Shown: positions 36,510-50,738 of the stretch, piece after piece
Layout of the letters: the number at the start of each line of letters is the position of its first letter
Position numbering within the stretch: the stretch's first letter is position 1
DNA from: Octopus bimaculoides
Taxonomy: Eukaryota
NCBI RefSeq assembly: GCF_001194135.2
Contig: NC_068990.1
Coordinates: 48,322,400-48,386,399, forward strand
DNA: 64,000 bases
Direction: 5' to 3'
Notes under the pieces: model-generated
Seen by the model: the letters and a program-made list of their open reading frames with translations, nothing else
Databases searched by the model: none
Told to the model about the DNA's origin: nothing
Position numbers and translations under genes: made by a program

Positions 36510-39430
36510 ACACCAATGTTTCTCTTAAACATCAGAGGTCTAGTGCACCTCAAGTACAAAACAAATATCTCTTTCCTGAAAGACCTTGCTGCATAGCACT
36601 TCTGGAAACACATCTTAGACTTGATATAGGGGATGCAGAAGTACACATACCAAAATGTTTTAATACGGACAAACTGAAAAGAAAGAAGCCATGCTAAAGT
36701 TGTAGCATACATCCATGAGGACCTCATGCTCCAGGTCCTGCTGTCATATTCAAATTCAATATGTGACACTCAAATTGTACACATAAGACAACTTAATATC
36801 ATTATATGTACTATATATTGCCCACCAGATGTCCCAAATCGCACAGGTAAGCTGGAAGACTGCCTTGTAATGATAGCACCAGACTGGAGCAACATATCAG
36901 TGTATTCCTTTTAGTTGACTTCCCTCATTAGGGAAGCTGAAGTCTTCTCCTCATGCTCTCAGGAATGATACACTGCCAACAAGTACAGATGAAGTCCCTG
37001 CTTAATGCTTCATTCATGGAGCAAACAGTGCTCCAACCAACCAAGGCAATTAATATACTAGATCTCTGCTTCACAAACAATATGGACATCACCCATAATG
37101 TGAAAATGACACCAACACTAGTCTTGGATCACACTGGAATAGAGCTGTCTATGTACTGATCAAAAGCATCTGCAGACATACAAGTTATATGAAGCACCCA
37201 AAATTGCTCCAGTCTGGACTTTCATAAAGCAAACTGGAAATCAATTCAGAAAGAGATCCTCAAACAGGATTAGCAAATGTCTCTTCATGCCAGACATTGA
37301 CATGAAATTTAATCATTTCATGTCCATAATACAAGCCATATGCAACAAATCACAAGGCTAACACACACAAGAATGAAATCCCAAGGGAGAAGAAAATTCT
37401 TAAAAGATGATGGACAAAGGTGGCAAACAGCATGAACAAATATATCAAAAGTAGTGAAAGTTCCACCTGAAAATAATACTGTTGGAGATTTAGAGAAAAG
37501 TTTGTATCAATCCCATGAAAAAGAGAGGACAGACAAGAAGGTCTGTGTTATAAAAAGTATTAAGTCTAACACTAAAGCTTTCTTTAACTTTGCCAAAGAA
37601 ACATCCTCAGTATTCTCTTCCAAAAGGATGGCTTCCTCACAGGAAACCCAATGAGAATAAGTGAAATACTGAATGAACATTTTAAAGGTGCTTTTACTAT
37701 CCACTTGGACACAGGCAAGTGAACAAACCAGTAGAGTTCTTTAACCGCTTCACTTGTAACTAAGGAGGTGATAATAATTGATTATATTGACATTAAAGAA
37801 GATGTAATACTGGCCATAGATGAGGTAGATGCAAACTCAGCTACTGACCCTGATGGATTCCCAGCTATACTTCTCAAATCATGAAAAAATCTTCCAAATT
37901 CACTGCAGCTTTTTTTTTTTTTTTCAGTGATAAGCTCAAGACAAATTGAAAGAAGAAATAATATGCCCTATCCATAAAGGAGGAAGCAGAGCAGATGCAA
38001 AAAGTTATTGGCCAGTCTCTCTGACTGCAAACAACAACAAAGTTATGAAATGAATAGTTTGAAAGAAACTACTTGCATTCCTTGAAGAGAATGACTTGTT
38101 GACTGACACCCAGCATGGTTTTCAACTAGGGAGAAGCTGCCTGACAAATCTCTTACAGCACTATGACTGGATGTTAAAGCAGTTGCTCAACAACTCAAAT
38201 ATGGACATGATATATTTCGACTTTACAAAAGCCTTTAACAAAGTCAACCATGGTATATATGTCACAAGCTATGTAATCTCAGCATAGTTGGAAAACTTGG
38301 AGAGCAGCTACATGACTTTTCACAAAGACAGAAGTCAGGCAGTAGTGGCTAATGGAGCCACCTCTAAGGAAACACAAAAAGTGAGTGGTGTTCTACAGGG
38401 CACTGTCTTAGTGCTATTGCTATTCATAGTAGCCCTCTCAGACAAGCCCACAACTGCTCAGACAGCCAACTATGCAAACAGTATCAGAGGATACCAAATC
38501 CTGGAAATATTGCACACCTGCAACAAGAGTTAGATGCAGTATACAAGTAGGCTGAGGACAATAATATGCAGTTTAATGCTGGAAAACTCCAAGCCTTGCA
38601 CTACCAGCAAACAAAGCTGAAAGAAATGCAGACAGGATTCAGGGACTGCAATCCCTGAATCAAAATCAGAGTGTGACCTGGGCATTGACATGAGTAATGA
38701 TACATCTTTCCAGGTGCATATTACTAAGTTAGCAATTAAATGCAGACAGCTGGCCAGATGGATCCTTCAGACTTTCAGTACAAGAGGACAGGAAACCACG
38801 ATGGTCCTCTGCAGGATATATGTCTTCGGCTGCTTAGACTATTACTACCCACTATAGTCACCACACAGTATACAATTAACAACAGAACTTGAAGCAATCC
38901 AGCAAAACTACATAAAGGAGATCATCTCAATGCAACTTGTCAGCTACTGAGAAAGACTAAAAAATTAAGACAATACTCCATAGAACAAAAGTGGGAAAGA
39001 TATACAGTGATATACATCTGGAACATCCTGGAAGGATTTGTACCAAACTTGGACATTGAAAGTTATACAAACAGCAGAACACTGCATACTGCCAAAGATC
39101 CCACCATCACCATCAAGATACAGGATCAGATACTGCAACAGCTTGGGTTTAGAGGACCCACAGCTCTTCAATATCCTCCCAAAAAGCCTGAAAGACCTGC
39201 ATGGTGTGAATGTAAGTGTCTTCAAAACAAAACTGGATCTTCTCTTGTCAAGGATTCTAGATGAGCCTATATCATGGCAGGAAATGCAAATGAGGGCAGC
39301 ATCAAAGTCCCTTGTTCACCAAATGTGACATATCAGAGGAGGTTTCAAGTAGTGAAGGTGTAGCCAAATTAACAGTGGTGCTCCAGCATGGCCACAGCTC
39401 TTGAGCTGAAACTAGTTAAAGAGTATAAGA
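36510..39430 (+). mobile_element. Decayed CR1-clade LINE ORF2 (AP endonuclease + RT) with 3' tail
   Basis: LNIRGL / LETHL..DI.DAEV.IP (APE); QHGFQLGRSCLTNLL, DMIYFDFTKAFNKVNH, GVLQGTVL (RT). Many stops and frameshifts. Confidence 0.9.
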
Positions 39431-39796
39431 TAAAATGAAACCTTTGCAATACCCTATAATCTTCAACAAACAAGATTAATCTCCTTCCTAAACATTATGC
39501 TATAAAAATTTGTAATTTCAATTGTTTGATATATATCAGGAACCTTGGTTTATTATGACAATAAAATTAAGTATTCCTACCTGATTTAATGACCCTATAA
39601 ATAAACAACTATGACCTAACCTTACTTTGCTAAGTTATCTCCCAATTAGCTTACTACTGTCATTCAAACTATTCTAAAAGATGGTACCTGTTATTAATCA
39701 ATTTCTTTTGATCATCATATGTGTTTCATAGCATTAAGACAAATGCTTCAAAAGCAAAGAATTTTCTAGGAAATGCCAATATTGGATACTTCAGAT

Positions 39797-40100
39797 CATC
39801 ATCATCATCGTCGTCGTTTAACGTCCGCTTTCCATGCTAGCATGGGTTGGACGATTTGACTGAGGACTGGTGAAACCGGATGGCAACACCAGGCTCCAAT
39901 CTAATTTGGCAGAGTTTCTACAGCTGGATGCCCTTCCTAACGCCAACCACTCAGAGAGTGTAGTGGGTTCTTTTACGTGTCACCCGCACGAAAACGGCCA
40001 CGCTCGAAATGGTGTCTTTTATGTGCCACCTGCACAAGCCAGTCCAGGGGCACTGGCAACGATCTCACTCGAAAATCCTACGGGAGCCAGTCAGGCGGTA
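39797..40100 (-). mobile_element. RTE 3' UTR fragment / RTE-tailed SINE (others at about 49708-50080 -, 47960-48170 +, 62640-63030 +)
   Basis: (CAT)n then gtttaacgtccgctttccatgctagcatgggttggacg...ctggatgcccttcctaacgccaac, matching the 3' UTR at 20700-20960. Confidence 0.8.
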
Positions 40101-40341
40101 CTTGAAAATATTTAAGTTCTATAACTATCTATGCATATGAGATTTACAACATAACAGAAAATGTGTAAGACCTCCCCAAGCAATTTACATCAATAATATA
40201 TTTGTTAAAATTAGACATTATTTTCAGCAACTAATTCAAAGTCTATAATTAGTTCTGTAACACTCTACAAAACATTTGCATACAAGGATATGACTTACTT
40301 ATTTCAAATCATGAAACACAACTCATAATCATTCTTTTCTA

Positions 40342-40528
40342 CTGTAGGCACAAGGCCCGAAATTTTGAGGGAAGGGTCCAGTCAATTAGATCGGCCCCAG
40401 TACGCAACTGGTATTTAATTTATTGACCCCGAAAGGATGAAAGGCAATGTCAACCTTGGTGGAATTTGAACTCAGAACATAAAGACAGACAAAATACCAC
40501 AAAGTATTTTGCCTGGCGTGCTAACGTT

Positions 40529-40563
<35 letters not shown>

Positions 40564-40770
40564 TGCCCACAAGGGGTTAAACATAGAGGGGACAAACAAG
40601 GGATTAAGTCGATTTCATCAACCCCAGTGCATAACTGGTACTTAATTTATCGGCCCTGAAAGGATGAAAGGCAAAGTTGACCTCGGTGGAATTTGAACTC
40701 AGAGCGTAACGGCAGGCGAAATACCACTAAGCAGTTTGCCCGGCATGCTAACTTTTTTGCCAGCTCGCCG
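40342..40770 (-). mobile_element. Two tandem SINE family A copies separated by a poly-T run
   Basis: Both carry gaaaggatgaaaggcaa(a/t)gt(t/c)(g/a)acct(c/t)ggtggaatttgaactcag. Further copies at about 1440-1570, 17800-17930, 21720-21860, 31840-31990, 54930-55050. Confidence 0.8.
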
Positions 40771-40899
40771 CCTTACAACTCATAATCATTATGAAGCTGA
40801 TACACATACCAAATACACCAATTTTGTTTTGTTTTTTAAAAGCTAATTACACAGTTTATTATAACTGAGTATAACCTCATAATTTCATGACCTACAGCG

Positions 40900-41135
40900 G
40901 CAGTTCTCAAACTTATTTTGTCACAGAACCTTTATGTAACTTTTCGAAAAATTCCAAACTCATATCTATATTTTATGGACAGCTTCTACCATGTTAGTTT
41001 TAAATTAGACATTAAATGAATCAAGTACTGTTTTAGATAGAGAATTTACTTACATAAAAAATATAAATTATTGTTTTTGAAAAATTATTTTGGAATCCCA
41101 GGAAAATTTTCCAGGGAACCATTTTTGAGAAGCAT
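40900..41135. mobile_element. hAT-like MITE
   Basis: Ends gcagttctcaaa / tttgagaagca resemble CAGTGGTTCTCAA-type TIRs. Confidence 0.5.
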
Positions 41136-41976
41136 TATCTTATGGTATCATTGTGCAGATTTTGAAGACTTAGCTTTTGAGTTGTATATACGATAAACAA
41201 AGCATGTGTTAATTAAGCATTTTGCTCTTGCTGCATATAACAGCAACTTCTGTAAGTGCTATGGCACCTATTTACAGCTAGGTATACTGATCGCGTATGA
41301 GTTAAGGGTCTTAGGTGTGTAGGCATAAGGAATTGTTTGTGTTGAAAACAGAAACATCAATGTTTTGGAAGAGAATTCATGAAGTTATGACATTGATGTA
41401 TTTTCTAAAACTGGTGTATGCATTTAGCTTGACAAGTATCAAGTGATGCACCATTTATTATTGAGCCTCTAAGAATTAGATATCAGAGATGAGATATCTA
41501 ATACTACTTGCCTTCAGTTTCAAGCTTAATTAAAGAGATCATTATTTATTTATACTAATCATCAATAAATTATCTCAAAGATTGAAACTTCCACATATTT
41601 TTACTAAAAGTACAATACAAATACTGCTTTACCAATTTATTGGTAGTTAATGAGTTTAGAAAATTAATAAATAAATAAATGATGCATTAGTGTTCAATAA
41701 GAAAGCAAAACAAATTTAACAGTAATAGTAACCATAGACATTCAACATAAATTTATCAAAGAGGGAAGGTGTGTGTGTGGGTGCACACGGGTGCATACAT
41801 TCTTTTAGTTGAAGAACTGCAGCCATGGTACATCCTTAAAAAGTTTAGTCAATCAGCTGAACCCCAATATTATTTCAAATCTGGTATATATTCTATCAGT
41901 TTCTTTTGATTGAACCACTAAGTTACAGAAACATACACAAACCAACACTGGTTGTCAAATGGTATGAGACAAACAG

Positions 41977-42008
<32 letters not shown>

Positions 42009-43074
42009 CACACAACACACACGCAACATACCTCTATACAGCTCATCTGCTAACTTCACACACAAGGCTTTATAGTTAGCCCAGAGCTATAGTAGAAGAC
42101 ACTTCTCTAAGGTGGGAGCAGACCACACACACACATACACGCACACACACACACACAAAAGTAAATATTGTACAAATTGAAATATAACAAACTTAAGATT
42201 TCCTCCATATATTCCACATGCTAGCCCACTCAATAAATTCAATATTTCTCTTTGGATTCTATTCAGACAGCTTCATGATAACTGGTCAAACACTGAAACA
42301 GGCCTTCAGGTAATGGAAGGTAAATGATAAATTTCATATGACATATGACAATATAATGGACAGAGCATAGAAAAGAAACTATCAGAAATAAAAGAACAAA
42401 CTGTTAACAGAACTGAGATAGAATAAGATTAGAGTGGATTGAGATTTATTCATGTCCTGAGGAGTTAGCACTAGCTGCTATATCAATGTTAGTAATAAGT
42501 AGCTTAAGAATCAAATGAAGCTGAAAGGCTTATTTGGAAATATAGTGCTATAAGAATATTTCTAAATCTTCAGTTTCAAAAAGGTTGTTGTGCTAGCGGC
42601 AATGAAGGGCTGGTGGTAAAGTAGTAGTGATAATTTCATAGTCATATAGCAACAACAATATTGTTGAATTGTTGTTGATAGTTGTGATGTCAACCAATGC
42701 TGATGGCAGTTGTAGCAAAATGTAATTCTAGGAAAAAATGATTATAGATGTGTTTTCATAATGGCATTGAAAATTACTGCAAACTGCTTCTAAGAACATT
42801 TTACCTAATTTTCTCTTTTGTTAGATAGTAAAAACAGTTAAAAAGAAGAGAAGAAAAATAAACTATAATTTCGCTAGAAAGCTTAAAACATAACTGCTCA
42901 CATGGGAATTTCTAAGAAACCAACTTAAATATCTTTTAATTTTAAATGGTTGTATAATATTTGCTAGTAATTTGACACTAACCAAACCTGGGCTACTAAA
43001 CTACTCCTTCATACTAAAGCTGTCAAACCCTAATCCATGCCAGTGTGGAAGGTGAACATAAAAATGATGATGGT

Positions 43075-43405
43075 GTGAGGTGGCTAGTGAAAGCTGTACA
43101 TTGTACAGTGTACAAACCATGTACAGGGATGCTATTAGTAAGGTGGAAATCAGCAATGAATTTAGTGTACTGGTAGGAGTTCACCAAGGATCAGTTCTCA
43201 GCCTCTTCTTGTTTATCATAGTCCTTCAGGCCATAACAGAGGAATTTTAGTATGGGCTGCCTTTAGGAGCTCCTCTATGTTGGTGACCTTGTTCTTATAG
43301 CTGAATCCCTCCCAGAACTAGGGAAGAAATTTCAGTGAAGACCAAAGTCCTTGTAGGTACGGAAACCAACAAATCATTTATCCCTACAGGGAGATGGCCC
43401 TGCTT
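43075..43405 (+). mobile_element. Host RTE LINE RT fragment (left part, interrupted by the insertion at 43406)
   Basis: GVHQGSVLS..LF, LLYVGDLVLI (YADD-like); the same element resumes at 46784. Confidence 0.8.
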
Positions 43406-46400
43406 CATCATCATCATCCATCAATTTAAATCCGGGTTTTGTCCCCATTAATGGAGGTGGCTGGATCTACCTCAATGTCATAGCAACCACCCTCACACCA
43501 TCTTGCCACCTTACTCAGTTTTGGGCGTCCTCCCTTCTCAAGTCAATCCTCCCAATCTCCTCCTCCACCTGTCCCCTCCACATTTTCCTCAGACTAAGTT
43601 GCTTTCACTGTCCATTTACCTCAAACTCTAGCACCCCCTTTAGAACATGCTTCTCATCCCTCCTCAACACATGCCCATACCACCACACTCCATTCACTCT
43701 TGCTAGCCATTCCACTGATTCCTCCAACCCCAGCATCCCCATCAAGTCCTCAGTCCTCCTCTTTTCAAACAGCCTCACGCCACACATTTCTCTCACTATT
43801 GCTCTCTCAGTCCTTCTCAAAATTGCCATCTCTCTCTTCCTCAAACACCATGTCTAACTCCCATACAGCATTGCAGCTCTCACACAACTCCTACAGACCT
43901 TTCCTTTTGTCTTCAATGAGAACCTTTTCCCATATAACAATGCTCCACATTCCCTGAACTTCACCCTGCCAAGTCTTGCTCTTGCTGTCACAGCTGCTTC
44001 ACATTCACCACTTACATCCACCCTGTCTCCCAAATAACAAAACCCTCTCACCATCTCCACCTCGTCACATAGTGTTTCCACTGACTTCACCAGCCCTCCA
44101 ACTCCTTTCTCACATCTTCCACAAACAAACTCTCTTGCCAGTCTTGGGATTACCTTCTTGATTTTCGTACATCTACTATGAATCCATTTCTCACATCTTA
44201 CACAACACTGCATTTGCCATTACCCTCCTCACACATACACCACATGGACCTACCTTACTCACTAACACTTCTCCTGCCACCCCACTCACTATCACCTTTG
44301 TCTTCCCGAGGTTTACCTTCAAATTCTTGCTTTCAAATGCCTCCTTCCATTTCCAAAACTTCTCCCTCAATCCTTCCATCATCTCACTCATCAGAACAAG
44401 GTCATCTGCATACAGTATCTCCATTAGCAATCCCTGTCTTGCACTCTCCATCACTACGTCAACCACTATTGCAAACAGCAATGGTGACAACACAGATCCC
44501 TGATGCACACCAACTTTCACCACAAACTCCTCCAACAGCTCTGATCCAATTCTCACTCTTGTCTCTACCCCCTCATATAAACTCATCACTGCTCTCATTA
44601 TTACCTCTAGTACACCTGTCTTCCTCAATGCCCACTCAATCACCTTCCTTTGAACCCTATCAAATGCCTTCTCCAGATCAACGAAGCACATGTACAACTC
44701 TTTCCTCTTATCTCGGTATTCCTCCTGCAATTTACTTACAGTGAACCCTGCATCTATTGTCCCCCTTCCTGGCATAAAACCAAATTGCATCTCATCCACA
44801 TCCACCCCTTTCTGAATTCTCCTGTCCAACGCCCTTTCCACTATCTTTATTGCATGCTCCAATAACTTCACTCCTCTATACACTCCACAACTCATCGCAT
44901 TCCCTTTCCCCTTGGAGATTGGTACCACCACACTTAGTGCTCAATCATCTGGCATTCCTCTTCCATCCAGCATACCCTGGCAGAGCTCCATTCATCACAA
45001 CAGTCCCTATCTCTCCACTTGCAGTTATCATTTCCACACTTACTTCTGATGGACCATTTGTCTTTCCTGTTTTCATTTCCTTCATTGCCTCCGCTACTTC
45101 CTCCTGACTAATCCTCTCCACTGGCCCCTTCACTACAGCAGTTTCCACCCTCTGATCCCATTCATTCTCCTCATTCATAATTCCCTCCATGTGCTCTTTC
45201 CAAATTCTTCTCCTGTCCTTCTTACTAAAATTCAACCTTCCATCACTCCTCCTCATGCATCTTCCTCCCTCAACATCTCTGCCATCATTTTTCATTGATT
45301 TAATAAACCTAAACACTATCTGGGTTCTCATCCAGCCTGCTCAACCTCTCCTCAGCCTCCTTCCTCATAGATCTTGCAACCACCCTCTTTGTACGATTCT
45401 TCATGTTATTATAACTGGCTTTCATTTGCTCAGTCCTATTATTACATAAATCTTTGTGTGCCGCCTTCTTCCTCGCTATAGTATCCCTCACCTCCTTATT
45501 CCACCACCACGTATCTCCTTGATCTCTCCTACCTTTTGTCCTTCCACACACTTCATTACAAGCCTTTAGTACCCCTTCTTTAAAAGACTTCCACAAATCC
45601 AGTGCATCAATGCTTACCAACTCCCCAACTCTCTCCTCAAACCATGCTCTTGTTTCTTCTTCCTTCAGTTTCCACACCTTTCTTCTCTCAAGTGTTCCCT
45701 TTCTCACATGCTTTTTAACTTTCCTCTGATCCAAGTCAGCAAACACCAATGTGTGCTGCAACCCTCAGGGTATTGTCTTCACATCTCTCTGATATTTTCT
45801 GTTTTTCCTGCCAACCAATATGAAATCAATCTCTATTTCATTCCCTCCTGCACTGAAAGTAACCTTCCTCTTCTCTGCTTTCCTAAACCACGTATTCACC
45901 ACACACAACTCTTTCGCATCACAAAACTCCAACAGTATCCTTCCTTCCAAATTTCTCTCCCCAATTCCATTTCCCCCATGCACACACCCTCAAGCCCTGG
46001 ATCTATTTCCCAACATGTCCATTAAAATCACCCATGCCCAAAACCAATTCATCTACCTTTTGTAAAGTCCCACTCATTCGCCATATCATCAAAGAACTGC
46101 TCTTTTTCAGCGATCCCTCTTCCACTTTGTGGACCATACCCACAAATCACCCTTACCACTTCTTCCTCAAATGCTAACACTACTGACATCACTCTGTAAC
46201 TCTTTCTCCTGACTGCCACCACCTTCTCAAGATTTCTTCCTTCACTAAAACTCCCACACCTCCAGTCTCCTTGCTATTTTCCAACCATCACAACTTGTAC
46301 CTTTTTCCCTTGACCCCCACAAATCTTGCACCCTAGCTCCTCCATCTAACCTCCTGCACACAGCACACATCCATCCTCCTCTTCCTCAATTCCTCACACA

Positions 46401-46783
46401 CCTCAGTTTCCATTCCATACAGAGTGCCCACATTCCAACTTCCCAACCTCACCCCAAGCTTCTCAGGCCGTTGGCCATCATAAGGCAAGTCATGCTTGTG
46501 CAACCCAGGATGAGGGTTTGCATTTTCCTTTTTCAGGTAGGCAGGTGCAGCCCACCCCAAACTTTGGGCTGGCTAGTGCCCATTCTCCTTTGCTGTTATC
46601 ATAAGGCTTTTTCCGAGCTGGATTTTCTATGGGGAGCATGCCCTTGCTTACCCCCAACCTCAGTTTCTAGACATGAGTGATCCCAAGACCAAGGCCTCTA
46701 CTACAATTTTTAAGAAATGTGGTGGAAAACTAGCCCAAAAGGCAGGGACACTACGCCCAGAGACCCTTTTCAGAGCCCCACTA
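43406..46783 (-). mobile_element. Near full-length RTE-clade LINE (5' UTR, APE, RT, 3' (ATG)n tail) with 6-bp TSD CTGCTT; inactivated by stops and frameshifts
   Basis: RLGSWNVGTL, DVCCVQEVRWR, EIDFILV (APE); QFGFMPGRGT, CFVDLEKAFDRV, GVHQGSVLSPLLF, YADDLVL (RT). CTGCTT at 43400-43405 and 46784-46789. Confidence 0.92.
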
Positions 46784-47410
46784 CTGCTTGATGTATAAAA
46801 ATTATATAGGTACCAACCATATATGGTGTACCCCGTGCTAGCTATGGACATAGGATAGGTGCAGTGGAATCATAGGAAGGTTAACAGAGAAAGTAGTCTT
46901 TGTGTGTACCAAAAGTACAGATACAATAAACACTAAGAATGTACAGAAAATTGACTTCCTCAAATGTCTGGAAGGATTCTTAAAAGTAGCAGTGGAGGAA
47001 GATGCTCTGGAAGCATAGCTGCTAGAATAAGTATGGGATGGGCAAATTTCAAAGAGCTACTAGCTTTGTTGATAACAAAGGGCCTCTCCTTCAGAGTGAA
47101 AGGCAGATTGTATAATGCCCAAGGACAAATAACAATGCTACATGGCAGTGGTACATGGGCTGTAACTAGATGTAGTGTGCAAGAAAGAAGACAACACTGG
47201 TATGGTCACATGATACATATGAATGAGGGCAGTTGCATAAAGAAGTGCTGATCTCTTATTGTGGAGGGAGCCTGTGGAAGGGGTAGACCAAGGAAGATGT
47301 GGAATGAAGTAGTGAGAAATGATCTTCAGATGTTGTGCCTCACAGAGGAGATGATAAGGAACCAAGATCTCTGGCAATTTGTTGTGCTTGAGAAGACATT
47401 TCAAGCTAAA
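46784..47410 (+). mobile_element. Host RTE LINE (right part, to the end of the ORF)
   Basis: SIAARISMGWANFKELL, GLSFRVKGRLYNA, HGSGTWA, QERRQHWYGHMIHM. Confidence 0.82.
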
Positions 47411-48874
47411 TAAAATCGGTCATGCCCCCTCTCACACACACACACACATAATCTGTCCTCTGTCAAAACTTATTTCCCCAACACCTCCTAACATCCCCCA
47501 TCTCATCACCCACTACAGGCCCTTCCACTCTCTCTCACATGCCTAGCCACACACTCTCCATGCCCTCACATACCTACCATATCCCCTACACAGCCACCCC
47601 AATTTCACCATCACTTGCTACAGTCATGTCTTCTCCATCTCTAAGCATCTTCTCTCACACTCTTATGGAATACACCCCTCTATCCCCTCTGAACTACTTA
47701 TACTCCTCATCCCCACCACTGCTGTTCCATGTGGGCAGGCCTCAATACATCTCCATCACCATCTCTTTCTCTCTCATTCTGACTGTATCTCTATCTTTCA
47801 AACCCTCCCCTTCCTCTCTTTCCTTGTCCTACTGAGGCAGCCAAGTATTTTCTCTATAGCAAGACAACTATACCTGTTTCTCTATTGTAACCTAACCTCC
47901 CACCTAGCACACAACTACTTCACTTGGTTCCACTCCATCTCTCATCTGAGAGCTACTTGGTGACCCACTGGAAGTGGTGTCATATAAAAAAATACCCAGT
48001 AACTCGGAAAAGTGGTTAACGTTAGGAAAGCCATCCAGCCATAGAAACCATGCCAAAACAGACAACGGAGTCTGGTGCAGCTCTCTAGTTTGCCATCCAA
48101 CCTATGACAGCATCAAAAATGGATGTTAAATAATGATGATGATCATGATCATCATCATCATGGTTCTTTAATGATACTTGCCTTGTTATAAATAATTGAA
48201 GAATGTAAGCACCAGTGAAAAAACTGAAAGCTGGTGATCTTTGAACAAATTCTTTTGTGGTATTCCTTCTGCACCAGGCTACAGACATTCCCTTATCTCT
48301 CCTGTCATAAGAGATGCAGTAAATGAACCAATAATCACTTCAGTGCAAACTTGTAACCAATACAGCTTTAATATTCACCAATTGCAATAAAATGAAATAT
48401 AAATAACTGAGACCAATATAAAAACAACATAACTTAAATAAGGATTTGTCCAAAAATTATAGATTTAGTGTAAATGTAGAATATGCAAGATACATAATTA
48501 ATGTTCTCTGAGAATATATTCAAGGAATGGTATGAGTAACTGTTCTTTATGGCTACATAAGTTAAAAGCTACATCTATCAATAAGGAATTAGTTATCAAA
48601 TAACAGCATCATGAGTTACAAACACACACACACACACACAAAAGAAAAAAAGAAACTCATTGGCTCAAATTATGTTGTCTTTCTTACTAATAAAGAGAGT
48701 AGCAAGTGCACCAAAAATTGCTCAATTATCTGTTTACTGCTAAAGCTTCTTATAGTAGGGGGTTATATAATGATAAATATAGAATTTTACCCAAACTCAT
48801 TTGTAAAATAAATTACTCCATTTTCGTCATCTTATACCATTATAAATATGCTACATCACAACACAGTGTCTGGA

Positions 48875-49250
48875 CTGTTATCTAGTGGTCATTTACATGG
48901 ATGATTTAAAGCTCTTTACAAAAAATGACCAACAACTCAAGGGCTTACTAGCGATTGTTAAACAATTCATTGATGACATCAGGGTGCAATTTGGCCTCGA
49001 TAAATGTGCAAAAGATACTTTTATCAAAGGAAAAATGACAGAAACATTTAATGTTAACCTAGACCAGCAGAATGTCATAAAAGAGTTAGAACCAGCGGAG
49101 AGCTACAAATATCTAGGGGTACTTGAAGATGGAATTGGGCATTCAGTGATGAGGGAAAGCATCAGAAGAGAACATTATCGCAAGGTGAGAGCAATATTTA
49201 AGAGCTGAATGCAAGAAACAGGATCAAAGCGATCAATGCTTTAGCCTGAA
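48875..49250 (+). mobile_element. R4/Dong-type RT fragment
   Basis: YMDDLKLF...DIRVQFGLDKCAK...ESYKYLGV. Confidence 0.8.
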
Positions 49251-50688
49251 AATTCTATTAAATGACATATTGCAAACCATGAATATATTCATAGAAACAG
49301 AAATAAGTTATGTAGCATCAGTTTAAGTAAATTTATATGGAAGTTAAAGGATAATAATAAATTATATAACCTTCAATGGCAAATACTTAGTCATGCTAGA
49401 TCTTACAACATTCATGATAATAGATGTAACCTACGTGTGAAGGAACTATATCAAATTTTAACATCAGAAAACAAACTTCATAATGACAGACAAGATGGTG
49501 TTTTATCTTGTAAGCACTCTTCAAAATATGTGTTTAGAAACAATAATTAAATTGAATTGATTATTTGGGGGATTATTGAGTATTAAAGTATAATCTATCT
49601 TAGATAATTAAATGATATATGATCTTTAGAATCTTTAGAATTTATGTATGTACATGTATCTATGTGTGTATATGTATATATCTAATTTTAGATTTGTAAT
49701 TTATACATCATCATCATCATCATCATCATCATTTAACGTCCGTTTTCCATGCTGGCATGGGTTGGACGGTTCAACTGGGGTCTGGGAAGCCAGGAGGCTG
49801 CAGCAGGCTCCAATCTGATCTGGCAGTGTTTCTACAGCTGGATGCCCTTGCTAACGCCAACCACCCCGAGAGTGTAGGGGGTGCTTTTTACGTGCCACCA
49901 GCACAGGGGCCAGAGGAGCTGGCATCGACCACGATCAGATGGTGCTTTTTACATGCCACCGCCATGGAAGCCAGTCAAGGCGGCACTGGCATCGGCCACG
50001 TTCGGATGGTGCTTTTTATGTGCCACTGGCATGAGGGTCACAACTACAATTTCCATTTGATTTGATTTGATTTCACACAGCATGTCACCCTACAATCCAA
50101 GGTACTTTAGAGTGGGCTAGTTATGTGATGCTGGTGTAGGTTACATCTGTGAACTCTATTTTCCAGGTCTTCTCAGTCACAGCATACCTCCAGAGGTCTC
50201 AGTCCTTTGCGTTTATGTGTGTGTATATGTGTATTCATTTATAAGTGCATGAATATGAATGTATGCTATTCTTATAATTTAGTAAACAGATTGGAATCAT
50301 TTACATATTATTAATATTTTATAAAGTAATATGATACTAAACATTTATTAATCTAAAAGTACATTGTGGTTAATTATCATATAATATATATTTCAATTCC
50401 ATTATATTTTCTTATAATTCTATATTACCGATACTTATTTCAAATACTGAGCAGCATTAAAATTTGTAAAAATTATAATTATAAGCACGAATATATTTCT
50501 TTTATTTTTAATTATATTTTATTTTTATTTTCTAGATGTATTTATTTTTTAACACATTTATCTGAATATATAGGCAAGAGCCGGCCAGGCAGAAGCTTGC
50601 ACTAGACTTCTGTGACAGTTTTGGCTGCATTTTTATGGTTGGATATTGTTTCTAACAACAACCACTCAGTAGAGTGGTCTTAGTACTC

Positions 50689-50738
<50 letters not shown>

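Noticed and set aside
46560-46783. HDV-like ribozyme in the RTE 5' UTR
   Set aside because: Some pairing exists (GGTCTCT/AGAGGCC), but I could not place P3-L3-P1.1-J4/2 in the required order. It needs a covariance search across copies.
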